Assembly: GCA_001872185.1 (NCBI GenBank)
Contig: MNVX01000033.1
Span: 1 to 40,792, forward strand
Reading direction: 5' to 3'
Length of the DNA: 40,792 nt
Origin: Candidatus Pacearchaeota archaeon CG1_02_32_21
GTDB lineage: Archaea; Nanobdellota; Nanobdellia; Pacearchaeales; GW2011-AR1
Every line of letters begins with the position of its first letter. Position 1 is the stretch's first letter. Below the pieces are notes generated by a model. The model did no database searches. It was not told the DNA's origin and worked only from the letters and a program-made list of their open reading frames with translations. Shown here one piece after another: positions 1-8,378 of this stretch. The position numbers and the translations under genes are program-made.

Positions 1-177
1 AGCAAGGTTGAAACTGTATTTTCAGTTATTAAAAGAAAGTATGGCTGTTTTGTTTTAAGCAAATCTTTTGATACTTAAAAGAAAGAGTTGTTATTCAGAA
101 TGGTGGCATATAATATAGATAGAAAGATAATATTATCTTTGGTCATTAGAGGAATTCACCAAAGCCCTAAAAGTTAA
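1..177 (+). pseudogene. 3' end of an IS5/IS4-like DDE transposase with an internal stop; truncated by the window edge
   Basis: Frame 1 reads SKVETVFSVIKRKYGCFVLSKSFDT*KKELLFRMVAYNIDR. VETVFSxIKR and AYN resemble the C-terminal catalytic-E helix region of DDE transposases. In-frame TAA at 76-78. Candidate right terminal sequence GGAATTCACCAAAGCCC at about 151-167. Confidence 0.7.
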
Positions 178-260
178 ACTTTAAATACCCATAATTACAC
201 TTTATTTTATTAAATATAGCTAAGTAAAGTTGAAATCACCCTTTTCTAGCGGATTATTTT

Positions 261-1706
261 ATGCAAAGTTTAGAAGAATTTAAGAAACTTGGACTAAAAG
301 AAAATTTACTTAAAGTTCTAGCTGAGCTTGGGTTTACCCATCCTACAGAGATACAAGAAAAGTCTATACCTTTAGTTTTGGAGGGAAAGAATGTTATTGG
401 CAGTGCGGCAACTGGATCTGGTAAAACTTTAGCTTTTGGAGCAGGAATATTTAATGTAGCAGAAGCTAATAAAGGAGTTCAGGCATTAGTACTTGTACCT
501 ACAAGAGAATTGTGTGAACAGGTTGCAAATTCTTTAAAGCTATTTTCTAGGAATTATGATTTTAAAATAGCTGAAGTTTATGGAGGTGTTTCATTGGAAA
601 ACCAGGTTAGGAAAATAAAAACATGTGAAATAGTTGTTGGAACTCCTGGAAGAATACTTGATCATTTAAGAAGAGGGAACCTAAATCTCGACAAAATAAA
701 AATTTTAGTTCTTGATGAAGCAGACAGGATGGTGGATATGGGATTTTTGCCAGATGTTGAGAAAATAATTCAGGCATGTTCAAAGGCAAGGCAAACTCTA
801 ATGTTCTCTGCTACAATAAGCTCAGATGTTGAGTATATTGCAAGAAAGTATATAGGAAAAACTATAAACATCTCTGCTGAAAGCAATGTTGATCCATCTA
901 AATTAACACAAATTTTTTATGATGTTCCAACCAATGTTAAATTCTCTTTGTTATTTCATCTTTTGAATGAGGAAAAATCTGATTTAGTTATGGTCTTTTG
1001 CAATACCAGAAGAAATGCAGATATTGTTGCTAAAAACCTTAAAAGATTTGAGTTAGATGCAGTTGCTATCCATGGAGGGCTAACACAAAACAGAAGAAAC
1101 AGTATTATGGAAAATTTCCATTCTTCTAAAACAAAAATACTTATTTGTACTGATGTAGCTGCCCGTGGTTTGGACATTAAAGAGGTATCTCATGTTTACA
1201 ACTATGACATTCCACCGAGCATACAGGAGTATATTCACAGGATAGGAAGAACTGCCAGGGCTGGTAAAGAGGGCAAGGCAGTAAGTCTAGTTTGCAAAAA
1301 TGATTACCTTAATTTCCAGAATGTTAGAGATGGAAGCACATCAGAGATAGTTCAAAAAGAGCTTCCAGAATTCGAAACAGTGGCTCCAAGATTTTCTCAG
1401 GATAAATACAGCGACAACAAAAGAAGTTTTAGAGGAAGAGACAATTTCAGGGGAAGAAGCTATGGAGGTAGAAGTTATGGAAACAGAGGAAATAGTTTTA
1501 GAAGAAATTCTGATAGTTCTAGGGGTTCTAGACACTCGGAGGGTTCTAGAGATTACAAAGATTCGAACAATAGAGATTATGGAAACAGGGGAAGAAGTAG
1601 AAGCTTTGGAGGTAGAAGTTTCGGTGGCAGAAGTTTTGGGGGAAGAAGAGATTCAAGGAGAGATAATGTTAGAAGCAGTGTAAGGAGGTATAGAAATGAA
1701 AGGTAA
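261..1706 (+). CDS. DEAD-box RNA helicase with Arg/Gly/Ser-rich C-terminal tail
   Basis: Q motif PTEIQ, ATGSGKT, PTREL, TPGR, DEAD, SAT, ARGLD and HRIGRTAR motifs. Confidence 0.97.
   Translation: MQSLEEFKKLGLKENLLKVLAELGFTHPTEIQEKSIPLVLEGKNVIGSAATGSGKTLAFGAGIFNVAEANKGVQALVLVPTRELCEQVANSLKLFSRNYDFKIAEVYGGVSLENQVRKIKTCEIVVGTPGRILDHLRRGNLNLDKIKILVLDEADRMVDMGFLPDVEKIIQACSKARQTLMFSATISSDVEYIARKYIGKTINISAESNVDPSKLTQIFYDVPTNVKFSLLFHLLNEEKSDLVMVFCNTRRNADIVAKNLKRFELDAVAIHGGLTQNRRNSIMENFHSSKTKILICTDVAARGLDIKEVSHVYNYDIPPSIQEYIHRIGRTARAGKEGKAVSLVCKNDYLNFQNVRDGSTSEIVQKELPEFETVAPRFSQDKYSDNKRSFRGRDNFRGRSYGGRSYGNRGNSFRRNSDSSRGSRHSEGSRDYKDSNNRDYGNRGRSRSFGGRSFGGRSFGGRRDSRRDNVRSSVRRYRNER
1455..1645 (+). repeat. 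Coding RS(F/Y)GG repeats in the helicase tail
   Basis: Peptide RSYGGRSYGNRG...RSFGGRSFGGRSFGGRR; degenerate 15-nt units. Confidence 0.7.
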
Positions 1707-1896
1707 AGTAAAGTTTTTTAATGAAACTAAAGGATTTGGATTCATCTCTGGAGATGACGGAAAAGAATATTTTGTTCACGCTACTGGATTAGAAGAAGGA
1801 GTTTCAATTGGTGAAGGAGACTCAGTTGAGTTTGAAGTAGAAAATGGAGATAGAGGTCCTAAAGCTGTTAAAGTTTCAATTGTTGATTCTGAATAA
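1696..1896 (+). CDS. cspA: Cold-shock domain protein
   Basis: KGKVKFFNETKGFGFI (RNP1) and YFVH (RNP2); 66 aa; overlaps the helicase stop. Confidence 0.95.
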   Translation: MKGKVKFFNETKGFGFISGDDGKEYFVHATGLEEGVSIGEGDSVEFEVENGDRGPKAVKVSIVDSE

Positions 1897-1960
1897 GTTT
1901 TTGTTAAATAAAATTAAGTAAATAATATTTCTTATTTTTAGGTAGACATTGGTCTACAAT

Positions 1961-4261
1961 TTAACCAAGATAAGCAGTTTTATTTGATAAAGCTGCCTTG
2001 GCTGATTTAAGATAGGTCTCCTCTATCTTTTGATATTTGTCCATATCTGACTTAGTGACACTTGGCTTAACTTTTTTCATTGCATCTTCAAAATTCTTGA
2101 GTTTTATTTGTTTAACATTTATGTTTTCTCTAAGTGCTAACATTGCAGCCTCTCTTGCAAGATTTTCTATGTCTGCTCCAACATATCCATCAAGTTTTGA
2201 GGCCATACTTTCCAGATCAACATCTTTAGCCAGAGGCATTTTACTAGTATGTATTTTTAGTATTGTTAATATCCCTTCTTTATCTGGTCCTGGAACTAAT
2301 AGTATTCTGTCAAATCTTCCAGGTCTAAGTATAGCTGGATCAATCATATCAGGCCTATTTGTTGCTCCTATAACAACTACATTTTGTAACTCTTCCAAAC
2401 CATCCATTTCAGCCAGCAATTGATTTAAAACTCTTTCAGTTACCTTGCTTCCAGTATCAACTCCTCTTCTAGGGGCAAGAGCATCCATTTCATCAAAGAA
2501 TACAATACATGGTGAAACTTGTCTGGCACGTTCAAAAACTTTCCTTACTCCTTCTTCACTTTTACCTACCCACATACTTAACAAAGAAGGTCCTTTTACT
2601 TGAATGAAATTTGCTTCTGATTCGTTTGCAATAGCCTTAGCCAAAAGTGTTTTACCTGTTCCTGGCGGACCATAAAGCAAAATTCCTTTTGGAGGCCTTA
2701 TACCTACTCTTTTGAATGCATCTGCATACTGCAATGGCCATTCAACAGCTTCTATTAACTCTTGTTTTACTTTATCCAATCCACCGACATCTCTCCAGTT
2801 AATATTAGGAGATTCAACAAGAACTTCTCTCATAGCACTTGGCCTTACTACTTTCAAAGCTTCGAGAAAATCTTTTTCTGAAATAACTAATTTTTCAAGA
2901 ACATCATTAGGAATTTCTGTGTCATCTCTTATTTCTATTTTAGGCAATACTCCTCTAAGAACAGACATTGCTGCTTCCTTTGTAAGAGCTGATAAATCTG
3001 CTCCAACAAAACCATGAGTTATTGAAGCTAGTTTCTCAAGTTTTACGTCATTTGTTAACGGCATATTTCTTGTATGAATTTTTAAAATTGAAAGCCTTCC
3101 ATTTTTATCAGGCACGTTTATTCCAACTTCTCTGTCAAATCTTCCAGGACGTCTTAGGGCAGGGTCTAAGCTATTTGGTCTGTTTGTTGCTCCTATAACA
3201 ACAACTTTTCCTCTTGTTTTCAATCCATCCATCATTGTTAATAACTGAGATACTACTCTTCTTTCTACCTCTCCCTGAACATCTTCTCTTTTCGGGGCAA
3301 TAGCATCTATTTCATCTATGAATATAATTGCCGGAGCTGTTTTTTCTGCTTCATTAAATATATCCCTAATCTTTTTTTCAGATTCTCCATAAAACTTAGA
3401 CATTATTTCAGGGCCATTTAATAAAATAAAATTAGCATCTGATTCGTTTGCAACTGCTTTGGCCAATAAAGTTTTACCTGTTCCAGGTGGGCCGTGAAGC
3501 AAAACTCCTTTTGGAGGCTCTACTCCCAAACGCTCAAATATCTCTGGATGTTTTAAAGGCAGTTCTATCATTTCACGAACTTTTTTTATTTCTTCTGTTA
3601 ATCCTCCAACATCTTCGTAAGTAACATCAAAAACTCTATCTTCTGAAACTTCTACTGCTTTTGAATTTACTACAACCTCTGTGTTTTCTGTTATTACAAC
3701 TGGCTGTGCTGGAGCTGTGTTTACAATTAAAAATTTAATCTGTTGAAATCCTGCAAAGTTCATTCCAAAACCGCCAAGAATATCTCCAAAAATGTCTCCA
3801 AACTCTCCTAGCTCTTCAGACATAAGATCCTTTCTCCTCTGAACTCCTCCAAGAACAACAATGTCTCCTTTTATTACTGCTCTTCCAAGTAATCCTCTTC
3901 GAAAAATTTCCGGATCTCCCTGAACAACAATGTTTTCCTGAACAGGAGCTATTGTAACTTTTTTCGCTTCTTTAATATCTGATTTTTTCAGTTCAACCAT
4001 TTCTCCAACTCCTGTCTTGGCATTTTTTCTTATTATTCCATCGATTCTTACAATACCTTCATTGACATCTGCGGGATAAGCTCTGTCAACTATTGCTAAA
4101 GTTTCTCTGCCACCTTTTACAGAAACTACATCTCCTCTTCTTAATCCTAAGATTTTCATTGTGTCATAATCAATTCTTGCAATTCCTTTGTATGCATCAT
4201 CTTGTGAAGCTTCTGCTACTCTTAACTTAACTATATTTTGCGTTACTGGATTATTTGCCAT
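1961..4261 (-). CDS. cdc48: Cdc48/VCP (VAT) family AAA+ ATPase
   Basis: N-domain plus two AAA modules (GPPGTGKT twice; DEID and DEMD; RPGRFDR twice). Confidence 0.97.
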   Translation of the reverse strand: MANNPVTQNIVKLRVAEASQDDAYKGIARIDYDTMKILGLRRGDVVSVKGGRETLAIVDRAYPADVNEGIVRIDGIIRKNAKTGVGEMVELKKSDIKEAKKVTIAPVQENIVVQGDPEIFRRGLLGRAVIKGDIVVLGGVQRRKDLMSEELGEFGDIFGDILGGFGMNFAGFQQIKFLIVNTAPAQPVVITENTEVVVNSKAVEVSEDRVFDVTYEDVGGLTEEIKKVREMIELPLKHPEIFERLGVEPPKGVLLHGPPGTGKTLLAKAVANESDANFILLNGPEIMSKFYGESEKKIRDIFNEAEKTAPAIIFIDEIDAIAPKREDVQGEVERRVVSQLLTMMDGLKTRGKVVVIGATNRPNSLDPALRRPGRFDREVGINVPDKNGRLSILKIHTRNMPLTNDVKLEKLASITHGFVGADLSALTKEAAMSVLRGVLPKIEIRDDTEIPNDVLEKLVISEKDFLEALKVVRPSAMREVLVESPNINWRDVGGLDKVKQELIEAVEWPLQYADAFKRVGIRPPKGILLYGPPGTGKTLLAKAIANESEANFIQVKGPSLLSMWVGKSEEGVRKVFERARQVSPCIVFFDEMDALAPRRGVDTGSKVTERVLNQLLAEMDGLEELQNVVVIGATNRPDMIDPAILRPGRFDRILLVPGPDKEGILTILKIHTSKMPLAKDVDLESMASKLDGYVGADIENLAREAAMLALRENINVKQIKLKNFEDAMKKVKPSVTKSDMDKYQKIEETYLKSAKAALSNKTAYLG

Positions 4262-4263
4262 TT

Positions 4264-4635
4264 TTATTCTTCATCTCCTTCTTTTTCTTCAAATTTTTCA
4301 TTAAATATCAATACTAATTTTCCCATCCTTTCAAAGCTCAATTTCACCATCTCATCCATTATCTTATCTTGTTCATTTATAAAGTTCACTATCTCTCTTG
4401 GAATAGATACTGTATAACTATTTCCAACCATTCTTAGCTTAACATTAAACTGTTTATTTCTTAGTTTAAGAAAATTTTGATACTCAAGTTTATCCTCTGG
4501 ATGCACTATTCTATTATCACACTTTTTGCATTCCAAAACCCTAAAATAAAATCCATTTTTTAGAATTCTAACTTTTTCCATTGCCTTGTCGCAGTCTTTA
4601 CAAATTACTGTATGATCAAATATATCTGAGGACAT
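4264..4635 (-). CDS. Zn-ribbon + AbrB/MazE-like DNA-binding protein, probably co-transcribed with cdc48
   Basis: CKDC...CKKC followed by VKLRMVGNSYTVSIPREIV (swapped-hairpin motif); 2-nt gap to cdc48. Confidence 0.7.
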   Translation of the reverse strand: MSSDIFDHTVICKDCDKAMEKVRILKNGFYFRVLECKKCDNRIVHPEDKLEYQNFLKLRNKQFNVKLRMVGNSYTVSIPREIVNFINEQDKIMDEMVKLSFERMGKLVLIFNEKFEEKEGDEE

Positions 4636-4682
4636 TTTATTTTGTTTTTGTTATGTTTAGTTTATTTTTACCTAGTATAAAA

Positions 4683-4702
4683 CCGTGTTCTTACGAACAC
4701 GG
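4683..4702 (-). promoter_or_regulatory. 8-bp GC-rich hairpin with GTAA (GNRA) loop in the leader of the AbrB-like/cdc48 genes
   Basis: Minus strand reads CCGTGTTC-GTAA-GAACACGG, a perfect stem. Confidence 0.5.
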
Positions 4703-4748
4703 CGTGAAAGGGGGTTGATATATGATATACACAAGATATATCATTTAC

Positions 4749-4779
4749 GTATATACATCATGTATATACTATTTAAATA
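4749..4779. promoter_or_regulatory. Perfect 10-bp inverted repeat (operator-like) abutting a TATA-like element
   Basis: GTATATACAT-C-ATGTATATAC at 4749-4769, then TATTTAAATA at 4770-4779. A second inverted repeat TGATATAT/ATATATCA lies at 4716-4743. Confidence 0.5.
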
Positions 4780-4838
4780 TTTCTGTGGTTGAGAATATAT
4801 TCTGAAAACTTTAAATATCATCTTAACAGTTAATTACA

Positions 4839-5483
4839 ATGGAGAACAAATACAAAAATGAAGTAACAAATAATCCTAACAAGATAACTAGCGGATTAAA
4901 AAAATTCTGGGATTTTGTCTGGAATGGAGAGAGTTTTCTAAGCTGGATAGTCTTTGTTGTTCTGGCATTTATTGTTATAAAATTTATATTTTTTCCTGCA
5001 TTAACTCTAACTACTGGGACTTCATTGCCTTTGGTTATTGTTGAATCTTGCAGCATGTATCATGATAAAAGTTTTGATCTTTGGTGGACTAAAAATGGAG
5101 AGTGGTATGAAGACAGGAATATAAACAAAGATAAATTTGAAGAATACACCTTAAAAAATGGTTTTTCTAAAGGAGATATTTTCCTTGTAACCAAAGCTAA
5201 GGACATAGAAATCGGAGACACTATTATTTTTTTAAGTGGTAATACTCAAAGACCAATAATACACAGAGTTGTTTCTCTTGATCCAATTGAAACAAAGGGA
5301 GATAATAATGACAGGCAGTTTACCCAGACAAATAATGCAGAAAAAATTGACGAAACAAACATTCCTCAGGATAAAATTATTGGAAAGACTACACTAATTA
5401 GAATACCTTTCTTAGGATGGGTCAAGCTTGTTTTCTTTGAACCTTTGAGGGTTAAGAGTGAAAGAGGTTTATGCAGGGGATAA
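4839..5483 (+). CDS. Archaeal signal peptidase I (S26B, Sec11-type)
   Basis: N-terminal TM, VESCSM (Ser), IIHRV (His), TKGDNN. TTTAAATA about 29 nt upstream. Confidence 0.9.
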   Translation: MENKYKNEVTNNPNKITSGLKKFWDFVWNGESFLSWIVFVVLAFIVIKFIFFPALTLTTGTSLPLVIVESCSMYHDKSFDLWWTKNGEWYEDRNINKDKFEEYTLKNGFSKGDIFLVTKAKDIEIGDTIIFLSGNTQRPIIHRVVSLDPIETKGDNNDRQFTQTNNAEKIDETNIPQDKIIGKTTLIRIPFLGWVKLVFFEPLRVKSERGLCRG

Positions 5484-5753
5484 ATCGCTGTTTAAAAGAT
5501 TAACTAAATCTGGCCTATCTTCATTTGCTAATAAATCCCAAATAGTGCTTGGCACACCAAACTCTTCAAAATTTTCTTCAACTCCTTCAAACATATGACT
5601 ATAACTCTTACATGAAAAATAACTTTGAACTACTTCTGGTTCTTCAGCTCTGTCATACTCTGTCCATTCAACACAATATACAGCGGTCTCATTACATCCA
5701 TGATATGAACATTTTACGTATGTATCTCTAGTTTTATTCCTTACTTTTTCCAT
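5469..5753 (-). CDS. Hypothetical protein, possible Cys/His metal site
   Basis: 94-aa ORF with CSYHGC...C...C..H; fills the gap between genes. Confidence 0.55.
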   Translation of the reverse strand: MEKVRNKTRDTYVKCSYHGCNETAVYCVEWTEYDRAEEPEVVQSYFSCKSYSHMFEGVEENFEEFGVPSTIWDLLANEDRPDLVNLLNSDLSPA

Positions 5754-5877
5754 AATTCCAAGATAAAAAAGCTGTATAAAAATATTTAGTTATTGGAGAT
5801 ATAGGAAAGATAATTAATCTCTCACAAAAATTTAAAAAGGTTCTAGAACTATAAAACTGATTATAGGTGAATCTTAT

Positions 5878-6186
5878 ATGGAATTTTGTCCGAAATGTGG
5901 TTCTGTTCTTGAAGAAAAAAGAAAAAAATTTGGTTGTGTTAGATGTGGTTATACTACAAAAGGAAAAATTAAGATAACTAGTAAAGAAAAAATTAAAGAG
6001 GCTAAAGAAGTTGGTGTAATAAAAGATAAGGATACTGATGTTTTCCCAATTGTTCCAAATACCTGTCCGAAATGCGAGCATAAAGATGCTTACTTCTGGA
6101 CTTCTCAGACAAGATCTGGAGATGAAGCTGAAACAAGGTTTTTTAGATGCACAAAATGCAAGCACACCTGGAGAGAGTATAAGTAA
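5878..6186 (+). CDS. tfs: Transcription factor S (TFS/RpoM family)
   Basis: MEFCPKCGS...CVRC and CPKC...QTRSGDEAETRFFRCTKC, with the acidic DE hairpin. Confidence 0.95.
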   Translation: MEFCPKCGSVLEEKRKKFGCVRCGYTTKGKIKITSKEKIKEAKEVGVIKDKDTDVFPIVPNTCPKCEHKDAYFWTSQTRSGDEAETRFFRCTKCKHTWREYK

Positions 6187-6414
6187 TATTAATTCCTCTA
6201 AGCCTGTCAATTGGCGGGTGGCCAGTTTCTCTAGAGTGGTTTTCTTTTACTAGAACCTCAAGTGCTCCTGGTTCTTTTTTAGTTATACTAAATCTTAATT
6301 TTTCCATATTATTATTCAACAATATTTATTTTTAAAAATTAGATGATTAGACTTGTACAATCTTTTTAGGCATTTTAATTAACTTTATAAGTATTCTAGT
6401 TATAATTTTCTTAT

Positions 6415-6489
6415 GGATCCGTAGCTCAGCCCGGTTAGAGCACTGGACTCTTAATCCAGGTGTCGTGGGTTCAAATCCCATCGGGTCCA
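6415..6489 (+). tRNA. tRNA-Lys(CTT), intronless, CCA not encoded
   Basis: Acceptor GGATCCG/CGGGTCC, D arm GCTC/GAGC, anticodon arm CTGGA-CTCTTAA-TCCAG, T arm GTGGG-TTCAAAT-CCCAT. TTTATAA box at 6384-6390. Confidence 0.95.
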
Positions 6490-6509
6490 TAAAACCACTA
6501 TCGGGTCCA
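6480..6509 (+). repeat. 10-bp direct repeat of the tRNA 3' end
   Basis: ATCGGGTCCA at 6480-6489 and again at 6500-6509. Confidence 0.75.
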
Positions 6510-6611
6510 CTTTATAATAATCTATACTAAAAATTCTAGCTAAACTATTATCAAAAAGTAGATAGAAGTATAAGACTATTGGTTTTACCCTTTTCTTATT
6601 TCATTGTTGTA

Positions 6612-6887
6612 TTAACCAACAACTTGCTTTATGTTAGATATGCTGTCGGCAACGTCTGTTCCTTTCTTAGTTAGCTTTATCAGCTTTATCCTTCCCTTTT
6701 TTTCAAAAGTAACCAAGCCTAAATTCTCCAAAGTTTGAAGAATTTTTACAGCATGGCTGTAAGTACAATCAACCTCTTTTGCTAAGACAGATCCATATCT
6801 GACACGCGACAACTTTCTTAGCGCTATCATCATAAGCGCAGGCTTCCTTCTAAAAAAGATGTCGAAATTATCTTTAAGTTTTTCCAT
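6612..6887 (-). CDS. Winged-helix (MarR/ArsR-like) transcriptional regulator
   Basis: YGSVLAKEVDCTYSHAVKILQTLENLGLVTFEKKGRIKLIKLTKKG. The ATG at 6887 is preferred over 6908, which lies too close to the TATA-like element at 6921-6928. Confidence 0.85.
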   Translation of the reverse strand: MEKLKDNFDIFFRRKPALMMIALRKLSRVRYGSVLAKEVDCTYSHAVKILQTLENLGLVTFEKKGRIKLIKLTKKGTDVADSISNIKQVVG

Positions 6888-7110
6888 AGTATAACCTATA
6901 TATCGCATTATAGTATACTATTTTTAAAGGTTTCGTGATTTAAAAAGCGGATAATAACGATAATTTCACTACTATGCTGAAGTTTAAATTAAAGGTTTTT
7001 GATTTTGCATAGGGAAAAGATAATTCTTAGAGCACTAACCCAAAATTTGTTATGACTAGGCTGACTCATCACTTGTTAACATTTATTAATACTAATTTTA
7101 TTTACTAAAT

Positions 7111-7743
7111 ATGGGAGAAAAAATAGAAAAAAAATCTGGGAGTAAATTCAGGATATTAGCAGCTGGAGACATGCATGGTGATTCTGATTTAACAAAAATA
7201 CTTGCAATTAGAGCTGAAAAAGAAAATGTTGATTTAGTTATCCTTACCGGAGATTTAACTGGGTGGACGGAAACAAAAGACATAATAAAGCCATTTAAGG
7301 ATAAACATAAAAAAGTTTTGATAATCCCCGGGAACTGGGATTCATTTGCAACTGCTGATTTTCTTGCAAATGTTTATGGAGTGAAAAATATTCATGGTTA
7401 TTCGGTTACTTATCAAAACATTGGAATTTTTGGTGCAGGTGGAGCTAGAGGGCCTGGTCCAGGAGATATCTCAGACAATGAAATTTGGAAAACATTAGAA
7501 AAAGCGCACTCTGGACTAAAAGGAATTGAGAAAAAAATAATGGTAACCCATATGCATCCTTCAGGGAGCAAATCAGAATTTTCCGGAGTTCCTGGTAGCA
7601 AATCAATTGAAAGGGCAATAAGAAAATTTAAACCAGATATTTTATTACACAGCCATATTCACGAAGCTTCTGGATTTGAAGAAATTATTGATAAAACAAG
7701 AGTAATTAATGTAGCCAGAGAAGGAAGAATTATTGAGATTTAG
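7111..7743 (+). CDS. Calcineurin-like metallophosphoesterase
   Basis: GDMHG, TGDL, PGNWD, THMHP and HSHIHE motifs. Confidence 0.9.
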   Translation: MGEKIEKKSGSKFRILAAGDMHGDSDLTKILAIRAEKENVDLVILTGDLTGWTETKDIIKPFKDKHKKVLIIPGNWDSFATADFLANVYGVKNIHGYSVTYQNIGIFGAGGARGPGPGDISDNEIWKTLEKAHSGLKGIEKKIMVTHMHPSGSKSEFSGVPGSKSIERAIRKFKPDILLHSHIHEASGFEEIIDKTRVINVAREGRIIEI

Positions 7744-8275
7744 ATTCAGCATGTTTTATTAATTTTTCTGCTAGGAAATATAAATTTATAGTATCCTGAC
7801 GATTATACTCTTTAAGTTTAAATAATGCTTCTATATCTCCTTTTTTATATTGGTTCCACAATTTAATTGCAACTCCCTTTCTTTCAGATTCTGAAGTTAA
7901 TCTTTCTATTCCAAAAGTATTTTCAAGAGTTCTAAGTTTATAAGGCATATTTAGACTACAAGCAAATCTAAATAAATCTAATACTTTTTTATCTTTTGGG
8001 ATTAATCCTGGAAATTCCTTATTAATCTTAGGAATATCAAATCTTAGCCCATTAAAGGTAATAATTATTTTAGCATTATCAATTAGAGGTTTCATTTCAT
8101 TAAAAGTTAAATTTTTTCCTCTAATAAAACATTCTGATTCAATTAATCCAGGTTTAGGAATATACATTCCAACCAAGGAAATTGAACCTCCAAATTCAAT
8201 AACTTCGATATCTAAACAAAGAGCTTCCCACTTATTTTTTTTATAAAGGTCGATATAATGCTGGTTATTTGCCAT
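7730..8275 (-). CDS. RNase H-like DEDD 3'-5' exonuclease domain protein (YprB-like)
   Basis: LDIE, ITFNGLRFDIP, LDL and YNRQD motifs. Confidence 0.8.
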   Translation of the reverse strand: MANNQHYIDLYKKNKWEALCLDIEVIEFGGSISLVGMYIPKPGLIESECFIRGKNLTFNEMKPLIDNAKIIITFNGLRFDIPKINKEFPGLIPKDKKVLDLFRFACSLNMPYKLRTLENTFGIERLTSESERKGVAIKLWNQYKKGDIEALFKLKEYNRQDTINLYFLAEKLIKHAESKSQ

Positions 8276-8378
8276 AATAAACTTGCATCTTAAAATATCT
8301 AGAATCGTGATTATATAACTATTATTATTGTTTTGCCAACATATTTATAAGTGTTTAATTTCAATTCTAAGTCATAAA

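Noticed and set aside
6143-6307. 54-aa minus-strand ORF MEKLRFSITKKEPGALEV...
   Set aside because: Runs into the tfs 3' end and has no recognisable motif; may be a gene remnant but cannot be supported.
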